Assembly (NCBI RefSeq): GCF_000284455.1
Contig: NC_017039.1
Coordinates: 2,490,001-2,522,000, forward strand
Source: Synechocystis sp. PCC 6803 substr. PCC-P
Lineage (GTDB): Bacteria > Cyanobacteriota > Cyanobacteriia > Cyanobacteriales > Microcystaceae
Direction of reading: 5' to 3'
DNA: 32,000 nucleotides
The notes below the pieces were generated by a model. That model saw nothing but the letters and a program-made list of their open reading frames with translations, made no database searches and had not been told where the DNA came from. Every line of letters begins with the position of its first letter. Within the stretch, counting starts at the first letter, position 1. Shown in pieces: positions 18,099-29,100 of the stretch. The translations under genes and the position numbers were made by a program.

Positions 18099-19121
18099 CT
18101 AAAGAGCTACTAAAGGGCAAAAGCCATGCTTGACAGAAGCTTCACCAATCGCCTCCATTTTATTAACGGAAATTTGGTTGCGGCCCCAGGAAAAATTAGT
18201 GCGCCAGCCCTCAAACTCTAGCAAAATGGCCTCCGCAAAACAGGCGAACATTTGCCGGGAGGGAATATCCATCTCCACAATCTTCATAATTTCCCAGGTA
18301 ATATCAAGGGAATGTTCTACAATCCCCCCCTTGAGAATATGCACCCCATCCGCTTTCACCCTGGTGTCTAAATTCTTGGGATAGCCCCCATCCACAATCA
18401 AACAGGGCTTTTTCAGCATTTCCCCCGCAATTTCTACCCCCTTGGGCATACTAGCCACCCAAACAATAATATCTGCCTGGGGCAGGGCTGTTTCCAAATC
18501 CATAATTTTGCCCCGACCCAATTCCTCTTGGAGATTTTCCAATCTTTGGCGGTTACGGGCAATTAGCAATAATTCCTTAACTTGATGTTTGCTATCTAAC
18601 CAACGACATACGGCGCTACCAATATCTCCCGTGGCGCCACAAACCGCTACCGTTGCCTGACTTAGATCAATACCCAACTGTTTAGCTCCAGACTCGACCT
18701 GACGGCAGATCACATAAGCGGTGTGGGTATTACCAGTGGTGAACCGCTGAAAATCTAGTTCCACATTGCGGACTTGATTATTTTGCTTGAGGTTAAATTC
18801 TTCAAATACGATTGAAGAAAAGCCTCCCAGGGCCGTAATATCCAAGCCCACCTTTTGGGCCAGGGCCATAGCATTGAGGATTTTACGAATGGCCGCTTTG
18901 ATCCGCCGTTGGGTTAACATTTCCGGCAAAAAGCAAGACTCCACATATTTGCCTTCAATCACCTGCCCCGTCACACTTTTCACCTGAAAATTATCAACCA
19001 CTTGGGGAGGAGCCGAACACCAAAAATCCAGGCCTTGGTTGGCGTACTCAGGATAGCCTAAATCTTCAGCAACCGCTTGGGCGTGTTCTAAACTCGTGAG
19101 ATGACCAATAAGACCAAACAT
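18099..19121 (-). CDS. aar: Long-chain acyl-[acyl-carrier-protein] reductase (fatty aldehyde-forming)
   Basis: [28 protein letters not shown]-terminus, Rossmann motif [14 protein letters not shown]. Neighbour of ado. Confidence 0.96.
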
Positions 19122-19272
19122 TGATAATAGTCAGAATAAATAGGGGAAGGTATCGCTTTCCGCTCAGTTAACGACTCCGATCGCCATAAAGCTTTACACA
19201 GTATGGCACAATTTGACGAACTTCCCGTTGGCATGGGCCAGCTTCCTAAAAGCACTCCAGAATAGGGAAAAA

Positions 19273-19305
19273 CCCACAGATCCTAAGAAGCTTGGGATTT
19301 GTGGG
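19273..19305 (-). terminator. Rho-independent-type terminator candidate downstream of ado, between ado and aar
   Basis: On the minus strand: CCCACAAATCC / GGATCTGTGGG stem (11 bp with one G-U), about 11-nt loop, immediately followed by TTTTTCCC. Confidence 0.8.
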
Positions 19306-19339
19306 CTCATGAAATAGTTGAAGATATTTCTAGCCGGGA

Positions 19340-20035
19340 CTAGACTCCGGCCAAACCGTAGGAAGACATACGCATAATTTCCCTGGTGCTGAAGCCGATG
19401 TTACTGAGGGCTTCGCCGTAGCTGATCATAAAATCTTCCACTAGGGCTTCTTTTTCCATGCCCAATACCTTGGCGTCCCCCTGCACTTGGTTGAGCATTT
19501 TCCACACTAAGGGTAGGTTTTCTTTGTTGGCCTGCTCCAGTTCTTCCTTAGCGGTGGCAAAGTTGGCCTTTAGCCATTCTTCCCCGTAGTTGAGGTGGGT
19601 GTATTCGTCCTTGACTACGCCCTCAGTGATTTTCCGAGCAAAGTCGTCCGCCACAGGGATATATATGTTATAGGCGGCGATCGCAAAAGCTTCGATAATC
19701 AAAGCCTGGATCAATAAACAGGTAACAACTTTCCCTTCGCTAAAAGCGTGCTGGAAATTGCCATGGAGACCGGCGAAAAATTCCTGGGCATAGGGCATAT
19801 CAGGGTTCACTTGGAGGTTGTTGCCACAGGCTTGGAAACCTTTTTTATGGCGGTTTTCCATTTTGGCCAAGCGGGTCAACTCTTCTTTGTCTTCCGGCAA
19901 GAGTTCCGCCATCTGGAGGTAGTTGCTGTAGGCTTCCTGTTCGCCTTCAATGACAATGGCGTTGATGCGGCTATAGGCGTCTTTGTAAATTTCGCTGGAA
20001 TAGTCAAATTCGGTGCGGACAGCAAGCTCGGGCAT
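19340..20035 (-). CDS. ado: Aldehyde deformylating oxygenase (ADO; alkane synthase)
   Basis: Ferritin-like di-iron ligands in [30 protein letters not shown] and [15 protein letters not shown]. Confidence 0.97.
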
Positions 20036-20130
20036 AGGGGCGTTGGACTCCTGTGGATGGACGGTTAAAAGGTCGATGAAGACCAGAGAATCAAAGTAAA
20101 GAAAGGTTAAGAAATTAACCCCCGGTTGTC

Positions 20131-20159
20131 TTTATAATACAGACTCTAAATTAATGCAA
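20131..20159 (-). promoter_or_regulatory. Candidate sigma70-type promoter for ado
   Basis: Minus strand TTGCAT (20159-20154), 17 nt, TATAAA (20136-20131), about 95 nt upstream of the ado start. Confidence 0.5.
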
Positions 20160-20292
20160 ATCCCGGAGGATCATAGCGGTCTAACCATAGGGAACACCTA
20201 TCCAGTTGATTTAGTAATCTACATGGCCAGATCTGCTGCGATTTGAGTTGGCACCATTCTAGCAAAACTAGTCTAAGTTGCTGGGGGGGAGG

Positions 20293-21390
20293 TTAGTCCT
20301 GGGGATAGGAAGAGGGTCCAATTAGTTCCACTTGGGAATCATTACCAATCAGGAAGCGCAAAGCCTGGGGACGGCGGGGAGCGGGAAAAATTTTGGCGTT
20401 TTTGCCGATGACACTATCGACAATTCTTTGTTGGATGGCCACAATGCTAGCTCCTTGGAGCACGACACTATGTTCAAGATCTGCATCCCTGATTTTAACT
20501 CCCTCGGCAATACTGCTATAGGGACCGATGAAGCAGTTTTCCAGATGACAGTTGGGGCCGATCGCCACGGGGCCACGGATGACGCTGTTGATAATTTGAC
20601 TGTGGGGGCCAATGGTTACCCGACCGGAGATTTTGCTTTGATCGTCTACGGTGCCTTGGATGTTTTTTTCCACTAGGGTATCGAGGATAATCTGATTGGC
20701 GGCCAGCAGGTCGTCTTTCTTACCGGTGTCGAGCCACCATCCTTTTAGTTGTAGGGATTCCACCCGATAATCATGGCTGATCAGATATTGAATTGCATCG
20801 GTGATTTCTAGTTCTCCCCGGGCAGAGGGCTCAATGTTGGCGATCGCCTGGTGAATGGTCGGGGCAAAAAAGTAAAGTCCCACTAGGGCCAAGTTGGAAG
20901 GGGGATGCTCTGGTTTTTCCACTAGGGCTAAAACTTTGCCTTGGTCATTAACGGTGGCCACCCCAAAGGCGCTGGGATTGGACACTCGCCGCAGTAGAAT
21001 CAAGGAATCGAGGGATTTAGCCTGAAAATGGGCGAGGAATTGCTCTAGGTGGTCTTGAATTAGGTTATCGCCTAAATACATCACAAAAGGGGAATCTTGG
21101 AGAAAGTCTGCCGCCGTTTTCACTGCATGGGCCAACCCCAATGGTTCGGATTGCAAAATATAGGTAATCTGGATACCGAACTTTTCTCCGTTGCCGGTGA
21201 TAGTTTTAATTTCCTCTCCCGTTTCTGGGCTAATAATAATGCCAATGTCGGTAATGCCAGCTTTGGCGATCGCCTCAATGCCATACCAGAGGATTGGTTT
21301 GTTAGCCACAGGCACCAACTGCTTAGCCCCGGTGTAGGTGAGGGGACGCAAGCGAGTTCCTTTGCCACCGGAGAGAATGAGAGCCTTCAT
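20293..21390 (-). CDS. rfbA: Glucose-1-phosphate thymidylyltransferase (nucleotidyltransferase + LbH domain); track ORF extends to 21474
   Basis: MKALILSGGKGTRLRPLTYTGAKQLVPVANKPILWYGIE, YLGDNLIQ, left-handed beta-helix repeats at the C-terminus. Confidence 0.9.
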   Translation of the reverse strand: MKALILSGGKGTRLRPLTYTGAKQLVPVANKPILWYGIEAIAKAGITDIGIIISPETGEEIKTITGNGEKFGIQITYILQSEPLGLAHAVKTAADFLQDSPFVMYLGDNLIQDHLEQFLAHFQAKSLDSLILLRRVSNPSAFGVATVNDQGKVLALVEKPEHPPSNLALVGLYFFAPTIHQAIANIEPSARGELEITDAIQYLISHDYRVESLQLKGWWLDTGKKDDLLAANQIILDTLVEKNIQGTVDDQSKISGRVTIGPHSQIINSVIRGPVAIGPNCHLENCFIGPYSSIAEGVKIRDADLEHSVVLQGASIVAIQQRIVDSVIGKNAKIFPAPRRPQALRFLIGNDSQVELIGPSSYPQD

Positions 21391-21631
21391 AAAAATCTTG
21401 ATAGCGGTTATGTTGTTGGGTCTAGGGTTCAGTGAACAGTTATCAGTAAGCAGGAATCGGTCAACACTGACCATTAAAACCTAATCGAGAAATGATGGCG
21501 TAAGCATCTGCCCGTAAATTGACTGATTTCGTGTCATCATCAAAAATCTCTATGCCCCATCTCAACTTGCCTGATATGTTTATTGGTGGTGGCTTTTGCC
21601 TTCCCTAACCGACCCATTGCTCCCTTGCCCT

Positions 21632-23800
21632 ATGCCCCTGCAAACCTTTCTATTTGAAATTGGAACTGAAGAATTACCCGCCGATTTTGTTCGCAGTGCG
21701 ATCACCCAGTGGCAAGGGTTAATTCCCCCAGGTTTGGCGGCGGAGTTTTTACAACCGGAGTCGGTGGAAATTTACGGCACGCCCCGGCGCTTGGCGGTGT
21801 TGATCAAAGGCTTACCAGAATGCCAGCCCGATCGCCTGGAGGAAATTAAGGGTCCTCCGGCCAGTGCCGCTTTCAAAGACGGGCAACCCACCCCGGCCGC
21901 CTTGGGCTTTGCCAAAAAACAGGGGGTCAACCCGGAGGATTTTGAGATCCGCTCCACCCCCAAAGGGGACTTTATTTTTGTCAATAAGCAATTACAGGGC
22001 CAAGCTAGCCGGGATTTGTTGCCCAAGCTGGCCCTAAGCTGGCTCAAGGCTTTGGACGGTCGAAGGTTTATGCGTTGGGGAGATGGGGATTGGCGTTTTC
22101 CCCGCCCCATTCGTTGGTTAGTTTGTCTGTTGGATGACCAAGTTTTACCCCTACAAATTGACAATGGCTCCACTACCCTAGTAGGCGATCGCCTTTCCCG
22201 GGGGCACCGCATTTTGCACCCAGCAGACGTCAGCTTAGAGCATGGTCAGAATTATTTGGCCCAGTTAAAAACGGCCGGGGTTGTAGTAGATCCCCAAGAA
22301 CGGCGGGCCATGATTGAACAACAAATCACCACCCAAGCGGCCACCCTAGAAGGCGAAGCAATTATCTATGAGGATTTGCTTGATGAGGTGGAACAGTTGG
22401 TGGAATATCCCACAGCGGTATTGGGCAAGTTTGATCAGGAATTCCTCAGCTTACCCAGGGAAGTGACTACCACGGTTATGGTTACCCATCAACGCTATTT
22501 TCCCGTGGTGGACAAAGATGGAAGGCTATTGCCCCATTTCATCACCATTGCCAACGGTGATCCCAGCAAAGGAGACATTATTGCCGCCGGAAATGGCCGG
22601 GTCATTCGGGCCCGCTTAGCCGATGCCAAATTTTTCTATCAAGCCGACTGTGACGATAGCCTCGATAGTTACCTGCCCCAACTAGAAACGGTTACCTTCC
22701 AAGAAGAGTTGGGCACCATGCGAGACAAGGTGGACCGCATTATGGAAATGGCCGCGGCGATCGCCGACCAGTTGGGAGTAACAGAGCAACAACGGGGAGA
22801 AATCGATAGTACCGCCATGCTGTGTAAAGCGGATTTGGTCACCCAAATGGTGTATGAATTTCCCGAACTACAGGGCATTATGGGGGAAAAATATGCCCTC
22901 GTTAGTGGTGAATCGGCAGCGGTGGCCCAGGGCATTGTGGAGCATTACCTCCCCCGGCACCAGGATGATGATTTACCCCAAGGCTTACCGGGTCAAGTGG
23001 TGGGCATGGCCGATCGCCTGGATACTCTGGTGAGTATTTTTGGGTTGGGTTTATTACCTACCGGATCTTCCGATCCCTTTGCCCTGCGGCGGGCCGCCAA
23101 TGCGGTGATTAATGTAGCCTGGGCAGCGAGTTTAGAAATTAATTTGCTGGAATTGTTGACCCAGGGCTGCCGGGATTTTGTTACTTCCCACCCCGATAAA
23201 ACCTCTCCCCTGCAAGCGTTAAAGACGTTTTTTCTGCAAAGATTACAAACCCTACTTCAGGACGAACAGGGCATTGATTATGATCTAGTCAACGCCGTAT
23301 TGGGCAATGGGGAGACAAACTGCGACGAGGCTCAAAGTAGATTACATGATCGCCTGTTAGCAGATTTACAGGATGTCAAAGAAAGGGCTCAATATCTGCA
23401 AGAATTGCGAGATAACGGTCATTTAGACGCAATTTATCCCACTGTGAACCGTTCTGCCAAGCTAGCTAGTAAAGGCACTTTGCCAACGGACCAATTAGAC
23501 CCCCGTCCAGTGATTCAAGCGCCCCAACTAGTCCAGGATTCAGAAAAAGCAGTTTACCAAGCATTGCTGGCCATTTATCCCAAAGCGGTAGAAGTACAAG
23601 AAAGCCGTGACTATGAAACCTTGGTAAATGCACTACACGAGCTTGCCCCCACCGTGGCGGAATTTTTCGACGGGCCGGATAGCGTATTGGTGATGGCAGA
23701 AAACGATGAATTACGGCAAAATCGCCTTAATTTACTCGGTTTAATCCGCAACTATGCTCTGATCCTCGGAGACTTCGGGGCAATTGTTAAAGGCATTTAA
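21632..23800 (+). CDS. glyS: Glycine-tRNA ligase beta subunit (track start 21596; ATG at 21632 is the likely start)
   Basis: [58 protein letters not shown]. Confidence 0.97.
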   Translation: MPLQTFLFEIGTEELPADFVRSAITQWQGLIPPGLAAEFLQPESVEIYGTPRRLAVLIKGLPECQPDRLEEIKGPPASAAFKDGQPTPAALGFAKKQGVNPEDFEIRSTPKGDFIFVNKQLQGQASRDLLPKLALSWLKALDGRRFMRWGDGDWRFPRPIRWLVCLLDDQVLPLQIDNGSTTLVGDRLSRGHRILHPADVSLEHGQNYLAQLKTAGVVVDPQERRAMIEQQITTQAATLEGEAIIYEDLLDEVEQLVEYPTAVLGKFDQEFLSLPREVTTTVMVTHQRYFPVVDKDGRLLPHFITIANGDPSKGDIIAAGNGRVIRARLADAKFFYQADCDDSLDSYLPQLETVTFQEELGTMRDKVDRIMEMAAAIADQLGVTEQQRGEIDSTAMLCKADLVTQMVYEFPELQGIMGEKYALVSGESAAVAQGIVEHYLPRHQDDDLPQGLPGQVVGMADRLDTLVSIFGLGLLPTGSSDPFALRRAANAVINVAWAASLEINLLELLTQGCRDFVTSHPDKTSPLQALKTFFLQRLQTLLQDEQGIDYDLVNAVLGNGETNCDEAQSRLHDRLLADLQDVKERAQYLQELRDNGHLDAIYPTVNRSAKLASKGTLPTDQLDPRPVIQAPQLVQDSEKAVYQALLAIYPKAVEVQESRDYETLVNALHELAPTVAEFFDGPDSVLVMAENDELRQNRLNLLGLIRNYALILGDFGAIVKGI

Positions 23801-23822
23801 GAGCCTGTTTTAAATGTCCTCC

Positions 23823-23931
23823 TGGCCTCCAATTTGGGGGGAAACTGAGTGAAAGTCCCCCAGTATTGCCGGAGCTTTAGTGAAGAGATTTAGGGGGCTG
23901 AACAAAACTGCTAAACACGTTCTAAGCAATA
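23823..23931. repeat. Decayed short dispersed-repeat-like element with imperfect inverted repeat
   Basis: cctccaatttgggggg...aaagtcccccagtattgccggag...gagatttagggggc. The CCTCCAATTTGGGGG and CCCCCAGTATTGCCGG arms are an imperfect inverted pair. Resembles the AAAGTCCCCCAGAATTGGGGGATTTAGGGGGC-type repeats I recall from cyanobacterial intergenic regions. Confidence 0.5.
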
Positions 23932-23975
23932 AGGTTCAAGGAATGAAAATGACTCATACAAACAGGTTATTGTTC

Positions 23976-24353
23976 TCATTCCCAGATTAAATTAACGTTG
24001 TATTTTTTGAAATTTTCGTCTTTGCTAATGACGGAAAAATTATGTTGCTGAGCCTGGGCAATAATCATACGGTCAAAAGGATCTCGATGATGCAAGGGCA
24101 AATTGCGACAAGCTTCCAAATGTTGCCATGTGATGTTCAAAACCGAAATATTGAGATCAGCAAGTAAATTCTCTAGATCAGTAAAAGCGTAATTAAGCCT
24201 TAGTTTGTTGATGTTGAGTTTAATGGCAATCTCCCAGAGAGATACAATGCTGACATAAACTTTTGGCTTGGCTTCAATCAAACTCTTGAGATGTGATGGT
24301 AGTTTTATATCATTATCTAAAAACCACAAAAGCGTGTGGGTGTCCAGTAGCAT
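23976..24353 (-). CDS. PIN-domain ribonuclease toxin (VapC-like)
   Basis: MLLDTHTLLWFLDND, VSLWEIAIKLNINKL, HHRDPFDRMIIAQAQQ, VISKDENF. Confidence 0.93.
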   Translation of the reverse strand: MLLDTHTLLWFLDNDIKLPSHLKSLIEAKPKVYVSIVSLWEIAIKLNINKLRLNYAFTDLENLLADLNISVLNITWQHLEACRNLPLHHRDPFDRMIIAQAQQHNFSVISKDENFKKYNVNLIWE

Positions 24354-24575
24354 TTACATATACTCCTGCATTTCTTCCAAAGGAGCATCAAAGTCATCTG
24401 CCATCCAAATTTTCCCCTTTAGAACACCTGCTTGACGATATTTTTTTTGTCCATCATTGGTTACTGGACTGACTGGTGGTTGCTTAGTCAGCAGAAATTC
24501 GACAAAGTGTTCTACTTCAATTTTCATGGCATCGGGGAGAGCATTGATCTTTTCTAGTAGGGCGGTGTCTGTCAT
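24354..24575 (-). CDS. DUF2281-type antitoxin
   Basis: C-terminal YRQAGVLKGKIWMADDFDAPLEEMQEYM. Directly abuts the toxin start (stop 24354-24356, toxin ATG 24351-24353). Confidence 0.9.
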   Translation of the reverse strand: MTDTALLEKINALPDAMKIEVEHFVEFLLTKQPPVSPVTNDGQKKYRQAGVLKGKIWMADDFDAPLEEMQEYM

Positions 24576-24639
24576 GGGATTGCTCCTTAATTTTGACTTT
24601 GTATCGATTCTAAGCTGACTTTTTTGGTAGTTGCCATCC

Positions 24640-26010
24640 CTAAACTCGACAGGTTGCTAGACTTTTGATGCTAGTTTGCCAGGTTGTTAAATCAGCCAAA
24701 GCTCGATCCCGATATTGACCGTAACGTTCTTGCTTATTACGAATCCGCTGGGGCAATTCCGGTAAAATTCCAAAATTGGGCGGCATGGGCTGGAAATGTT
24801 TGGGGGAAGCGGAACTGATGAAGTTAAATAAAGCTCCCATCATGGTGGTGGCCGGCAATGTGAGCAAAGGTAAACCCAACGCCAACCGGGCCGCATTGGT
24901 GCCCGCTAACCATCCCCCGGCTGTGGCAGCGGCATAACCCTCCGTTCCCACTAACTGCCCCGCCGCAAATAAAGTCTGGCGATCGCCGAAATGGAGACTA
25001 GCGGTCAGAAGTTGGGGGGAATTAATAAAAGTATTGCGGTGCATTACCCCCATGCGAACAAACTCAGCGTTTTCCAAACCGGGAATCAAGCGGAAAACCC
25101 GTCCCTGTTCTCCCCAGCGTAAATTGGTCTGAAAACCCACCATATTCCACAATTGTCCTGCCTTATCTTCCTGGCGCAATTGCACCACTGCATAGGGCTT
25201 TTTCTCCTTGTTAGCAGGATCTCGAAAATCCCCCAAACGGGCATCAAATAGACCAACGGGCTTTAGGGGGCCGTAACGCATGGTGTCTTCCCCCCGCTGG
25301 GCCAACTCTTCTATGGGTAAACATCCCTCAAAAAACTTAGCTGTTTCTCGGTCAAAGTCCTTCAGGGGAGCTTGTTCGGCCTCACACAATGCCTGCCAAA
25401 AATTGAAATATTGCTCTCGGTTAAAGGGGCAGTTGAGATAGGCCGCCTCCCCTTTGTCATAACGGGAAGCAAAAAAAGCTACTTCTTTATTGATGGAATC
25501 CCCCACCACAATGGGACTGGCCGCATCGAAAAAGCTTAGGTATTCCATGCCGGTGAATTGTTGCAAATCCTCCGTTAGCGCTGGGCTAGTGAGGGGTCCC
25601 GTAGTCAGCACCGTAATACCTTCCCTGGGAATTTCCGTTACTTCCCCCCGCCGTAATTCCACCAGGGGATGGCTGGCCACTTGCTCTGTCAAAGACCGGC
25701 TAAAAATTCCCCGGTCCACCGCCAAAGCACCCCCAGCTGGCACTGCATGGCGATCCGCTGTGGTAATAATGAGAGAACTCAACTGCCGTAATTCTGTTTG
25801 CAAAAGTCCCGCTGCCCGATCGCCAGCTTTGGCCCCAAAGGAATTGCTACAGACCAACTCCGCCAAATCCTCACTGTGGTGGGCTGGACTCAGACGTTCG
25901 GGGCGCATTTCCGTCAAAATAACTGGAACTCCTGCTTGGGCAATTTGCCAGGCGGCCTCCGTACCCGCTAAGCCTCCACCGATAACATGGATGGGCGTTA
26001 AAGTGGTCAT
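24640..26010 (-). CDS. trmFO: Methylenetetrahydrofolate-tRNA-(uracil-5-)-methyltransferase TrmFO
   Basis: [60 protein letters not shown]. Confidence 0.96.
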   Translation of the reverse strand: MTTLTPIHVIGGGLAGTEAAWQIAQAGVPVILTEMRPERLSPAHHSEDLAELVCSNSFGAKAGDRAAGLLQTELRQLSSLIITTADRHAVPAGGALAVDRGIFSRSLTEQVASHPLVELRRGEVTEIPREGITVLTTGPLTSPALTEDLQQFTGMEYLSFFDAASPIVVGDSINKEVAFFASRYDKGEAAYLNCPFNREQYFNFWQALCEAEQAPLKDFDRETAKFFEGCLPIEELAQRGEDTMRYGPLKPVGLFDARLGDFRDPANKEKKPYAVVQLRQEDKAGQLWNMVGFQTNLRWGEQGRVFRLIPGLENAEFVRMGVMHRNTFINSPQLLTASLHFGDRQTLFAAGQLVGTEGYAAATAGGWLAGTNAARLALGLPLLTLPATTMMGALFNFISSASPKHFQPMPPNFGILPELPQRIRNKQERYGQYRDRALADLTTWQTSIKSLATCRV

Positions 26011-26131
26011 AGGGAACTTTGAAAATTCAAAAATAGTTAGAGACTAACATTTTAAAGCAGGGGACAGTCTACCGCCCAAGGAGAAGGCCCCATCTCCTGA
26101 AGAATGGAATTTTCCTTGTCTTGATCAATGT

Positions 26132-29100
26132 TTGACCTTGGAACCCATGCCTATCATTCCTAGCCCCAAAGTCCTGTTAGTGGATGATCAGCGGGAAAAT
26201 CTTGTTGCTCTGTCACGGGCCCTGGATTCCCTGCCAGTGGAAATAATCACCGCTAACTCCGGCCAAGAGGCGATCGCCACCGCCGCCACCACAGAATTTG
26301 CCTTGATGATTTTGGCCCAGGAAATGTCTGAATTGGACGGGCTAAACACCGCTAAAATTCTTCGTTCTTTTCCCCTGGCTGAACAAACTCCAATTATTTT
26401 TCTAGCTCGGCAAGAAATTATCACCAAAGCAATGGCAGAAATAAATATTTTGGGGTTGGTTGACTTTCTGGCACAACCGCCTAACCAAAATTTTCTTCAG
26501 GTGAAAGCTAAACTTTATTTGCAGCTTTTCCAGCAGAAACAAACTCTGCAATACTATAATAATTACCTAGAAAGTTCAGTTAAATCTGTTCATTTTGATG
26601 TAAAAAATAATCATTCAGAACAACTCAGTGAAATAATTTTAGCCAATATTTCCGATACTGTCTTTGTCACTGATTTATCCGGAAAATTTACTTTTATTTG
26701 TTCAAATATTGATAATATCTTCGGCTATTCCTTGGCGGAAGTAAACGCCATGGGAACCGTAGAAACGCTCCTGGGTGATTTTAGATTTAACGAATATGAG
26801 TTAAAAGAAAAGGGGGAATTAAAAAATTTACGGCATGATGTTCAAGATAAACAAGGTAAAATTCATTATTTACTCATCAATCTTAAGAAAGTCGCTATTA
26901 ATGGAGGTATTTATCTTTATAGTTGTCGGGATATTTCAGAATGGGCTCGAAAGGAACAAGCCATTAGAAACAGTGAAGCCAATTTCCGAGACATTTTTGC
27001 CAGCATCAAGGACGGGCTATTGGTTTTAGATGAAGATAATTACATTTGTTATGCCAATGCCCAGGCAGTGAAACTTCTTAACTGTACTTTGGAAGAATTA
27101 GTGGGAACCATTGGCAGTCCATTGGAAGATACGGAATTTAGCTTACTAGTAGACGACGGCACTATTTACACGGTGGATGTTAGTGTAACCGAAATTACAT
27201 GGTATGGACAAACCGCAAAGCTAGTCTCTTTACGGGATATTAGCGACCGCAAACGCATGGAGAACCAATTGCGGGAAAATCAGAATAAATACTATCGTCT
27301 TTTAGAAAATCTTGACAATGGAGTAATAGTACACAATGCCAATGCCGAAATTGTTTATGCTAATCCTAAAGCAGAATCTTTCCTCGGTTTAACAGATTTA
27401 GAAGGCAGGGATATTGATGATGAATATTGGATGTTTTTTGATAAAGAAGGAGAAAAATTAGAAAAAGAGGAATTTCCTGTGGCCCAGGTTTTAGCCAACC
27501 AATCTTCCTTAAAAAATTTTGAAATGGGTATTTATCGTCCCGACACTGACCAATTACTCTGGGCGTATATTAATGCTTACCCTGAATTCTATAATGAAGA
27601 CACCATTCAGGAAATAATAGTAACTTTTTCTGATATTACTGAACGCAAGTTAGCAGAAATTCAACTAAAAACTATTAATGAAAACCTAGAAGTTCTTATT
27701 GAAGAGAGAACCAGTGAGCTGGAAAGTAGCAATAGCCAATTATTGCAGGAAATTATCGAGAAAGAACAGGTGAGTATTACCCTTACCACCCAGGAGGCAA
27801 AATATAGAGCTTTAGTCCGAGATGCCGGTGATGCAATTATTTTAATTACCATTGACTTCATTGTCCTAGAAGTCAATTATCGGGCTGTGGAGTTGAGTGG
27901 TTATGATCAAGAAGAATTAATTGGGCATTCTTTGCTTGACCTTAGGCTATTGACCCCAGAGTTTTATGCTCAACAAAGACACTTTTGGCGCACTCTTAAA
28001 AGGGAACAAATTTCCCAATTAACCGATGTCAGACTCGTAAAAAAATCTGGAGAATTAATTTCCGTTGACATTTCCGCCAGTGTAATTACCTATGAAAATC
28101 ACTCAATTGTTCAGTGCATAGTCCACGATATAACCCTCCAAAAGACCATTCAAGCCCAACTGCAACGGGAAAATTATTTTCGTCGGCAATTATTGGAAAA
28201 AATGGTGGAAGGATTATTTGTTTGTTATGAAGTTGAGCAGTTTCCCTTCCTGCAATTTACTGTGTGGAATCCGATGATGAAAAATATCACTGGCTATAGT
28301 CAAGAAGAAATCAATCAATGCGGTTGGTATGAAACTCTTTATTCCCATGGACAGCCTCAAGAGGCAGTAAGGGTGAGAATGAAGGCAGTGGCCTTAGGGG
28401 TAGATATGGTCAAGGAAGAGTGGCAAATTATCCGTCGGGATGGAGCTTTGCGTACCGTTGAAATTTCCACTGCCTTGATCACTTCAAATAATCAGACCAA
28501 TATCCTTGCGGTGATTCAAGACATAACAGATCAAAAACGACAGCTACAAATTATTCAAAATAACGAAGCTACTCTCCGTTGTATTGTGGAAAATCTGCCA
28601 ATTTTCTTTGGCATGAGAACAATAAACTTTAGTAATTGGTATTATATTAATCCATCTTTTGAAAGTTTGACGGGTTATACTCCAGATGAAATGTATGAAG
28701 ATCCCCTGCTATGGCAAAAAATTCATCGGGAAGAATATGCAGAAAATCTAGAACAGGCACGTCCTAACCTGGGGGAGTGGACTATTTTTTCTATGGAGAA
28801 AAAAGACGGCACACAAATTTGGGCGCAAACAGTAGAATCTTTAGTTGATGATCTATCAGACACTGCTCGGGTGGTGGTGTTTGGCCAAGACATTACTGAC
28901 ATTAAACGAGCGGAAATCGAAACCCTGAGATCTTTGGTCAAAGAACGGGAACTAAATGAAGCTAAAAGTCAGTTTGTTGATATTGTGTCCCACGAATTTC
29001 GTACTCCTTTAACTTCTATTATTGGTTTTGGAGAGTTATTGTCCAAATATTTTGATCGTCTTTCTACAGAGAAAAAACAACAATATATTAACAATATCCA

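Larger units (their letters stand above)
1277..26277. repeat. HIP1 (highly iterated palindrome, GCGATCGC), about 27 exact copies by manual scan
   Basis: Exact octamers read at starts 1277, 1749, 2082, 2713, 3040, 3395, 3733, 5724, 6497, 8208, 9569, 9968, 10050, 10428, 11052, 12772, 15317, 15665, 16133, 16460, 19677, 20840, 21266, 22185, 22757, 24979, 26270. About 0.5 would be expected in 32 kb of equal-frequency random sequence. Confidence 0.93.

Noticed and set aside
23794-23816. CATTTAA...TTAAATG inverted repeat at the glyS stop as a terminator
   Set aside because: AT-only weak stem overlapping the stop codon, with no U-tract; insufficient to call.
25490-26047. 185-aa plus-strand ORF opposite trmFO
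   Set aside because: Shadow ORF over conserved trmFO; no domain signal.
1277-26277. HIP1 octamers as a CRISPR array or tandem repeat
   Set aside because: Copies are widely and irregularly spaced and are simple palindromes; there is no repeat-spacer structure.
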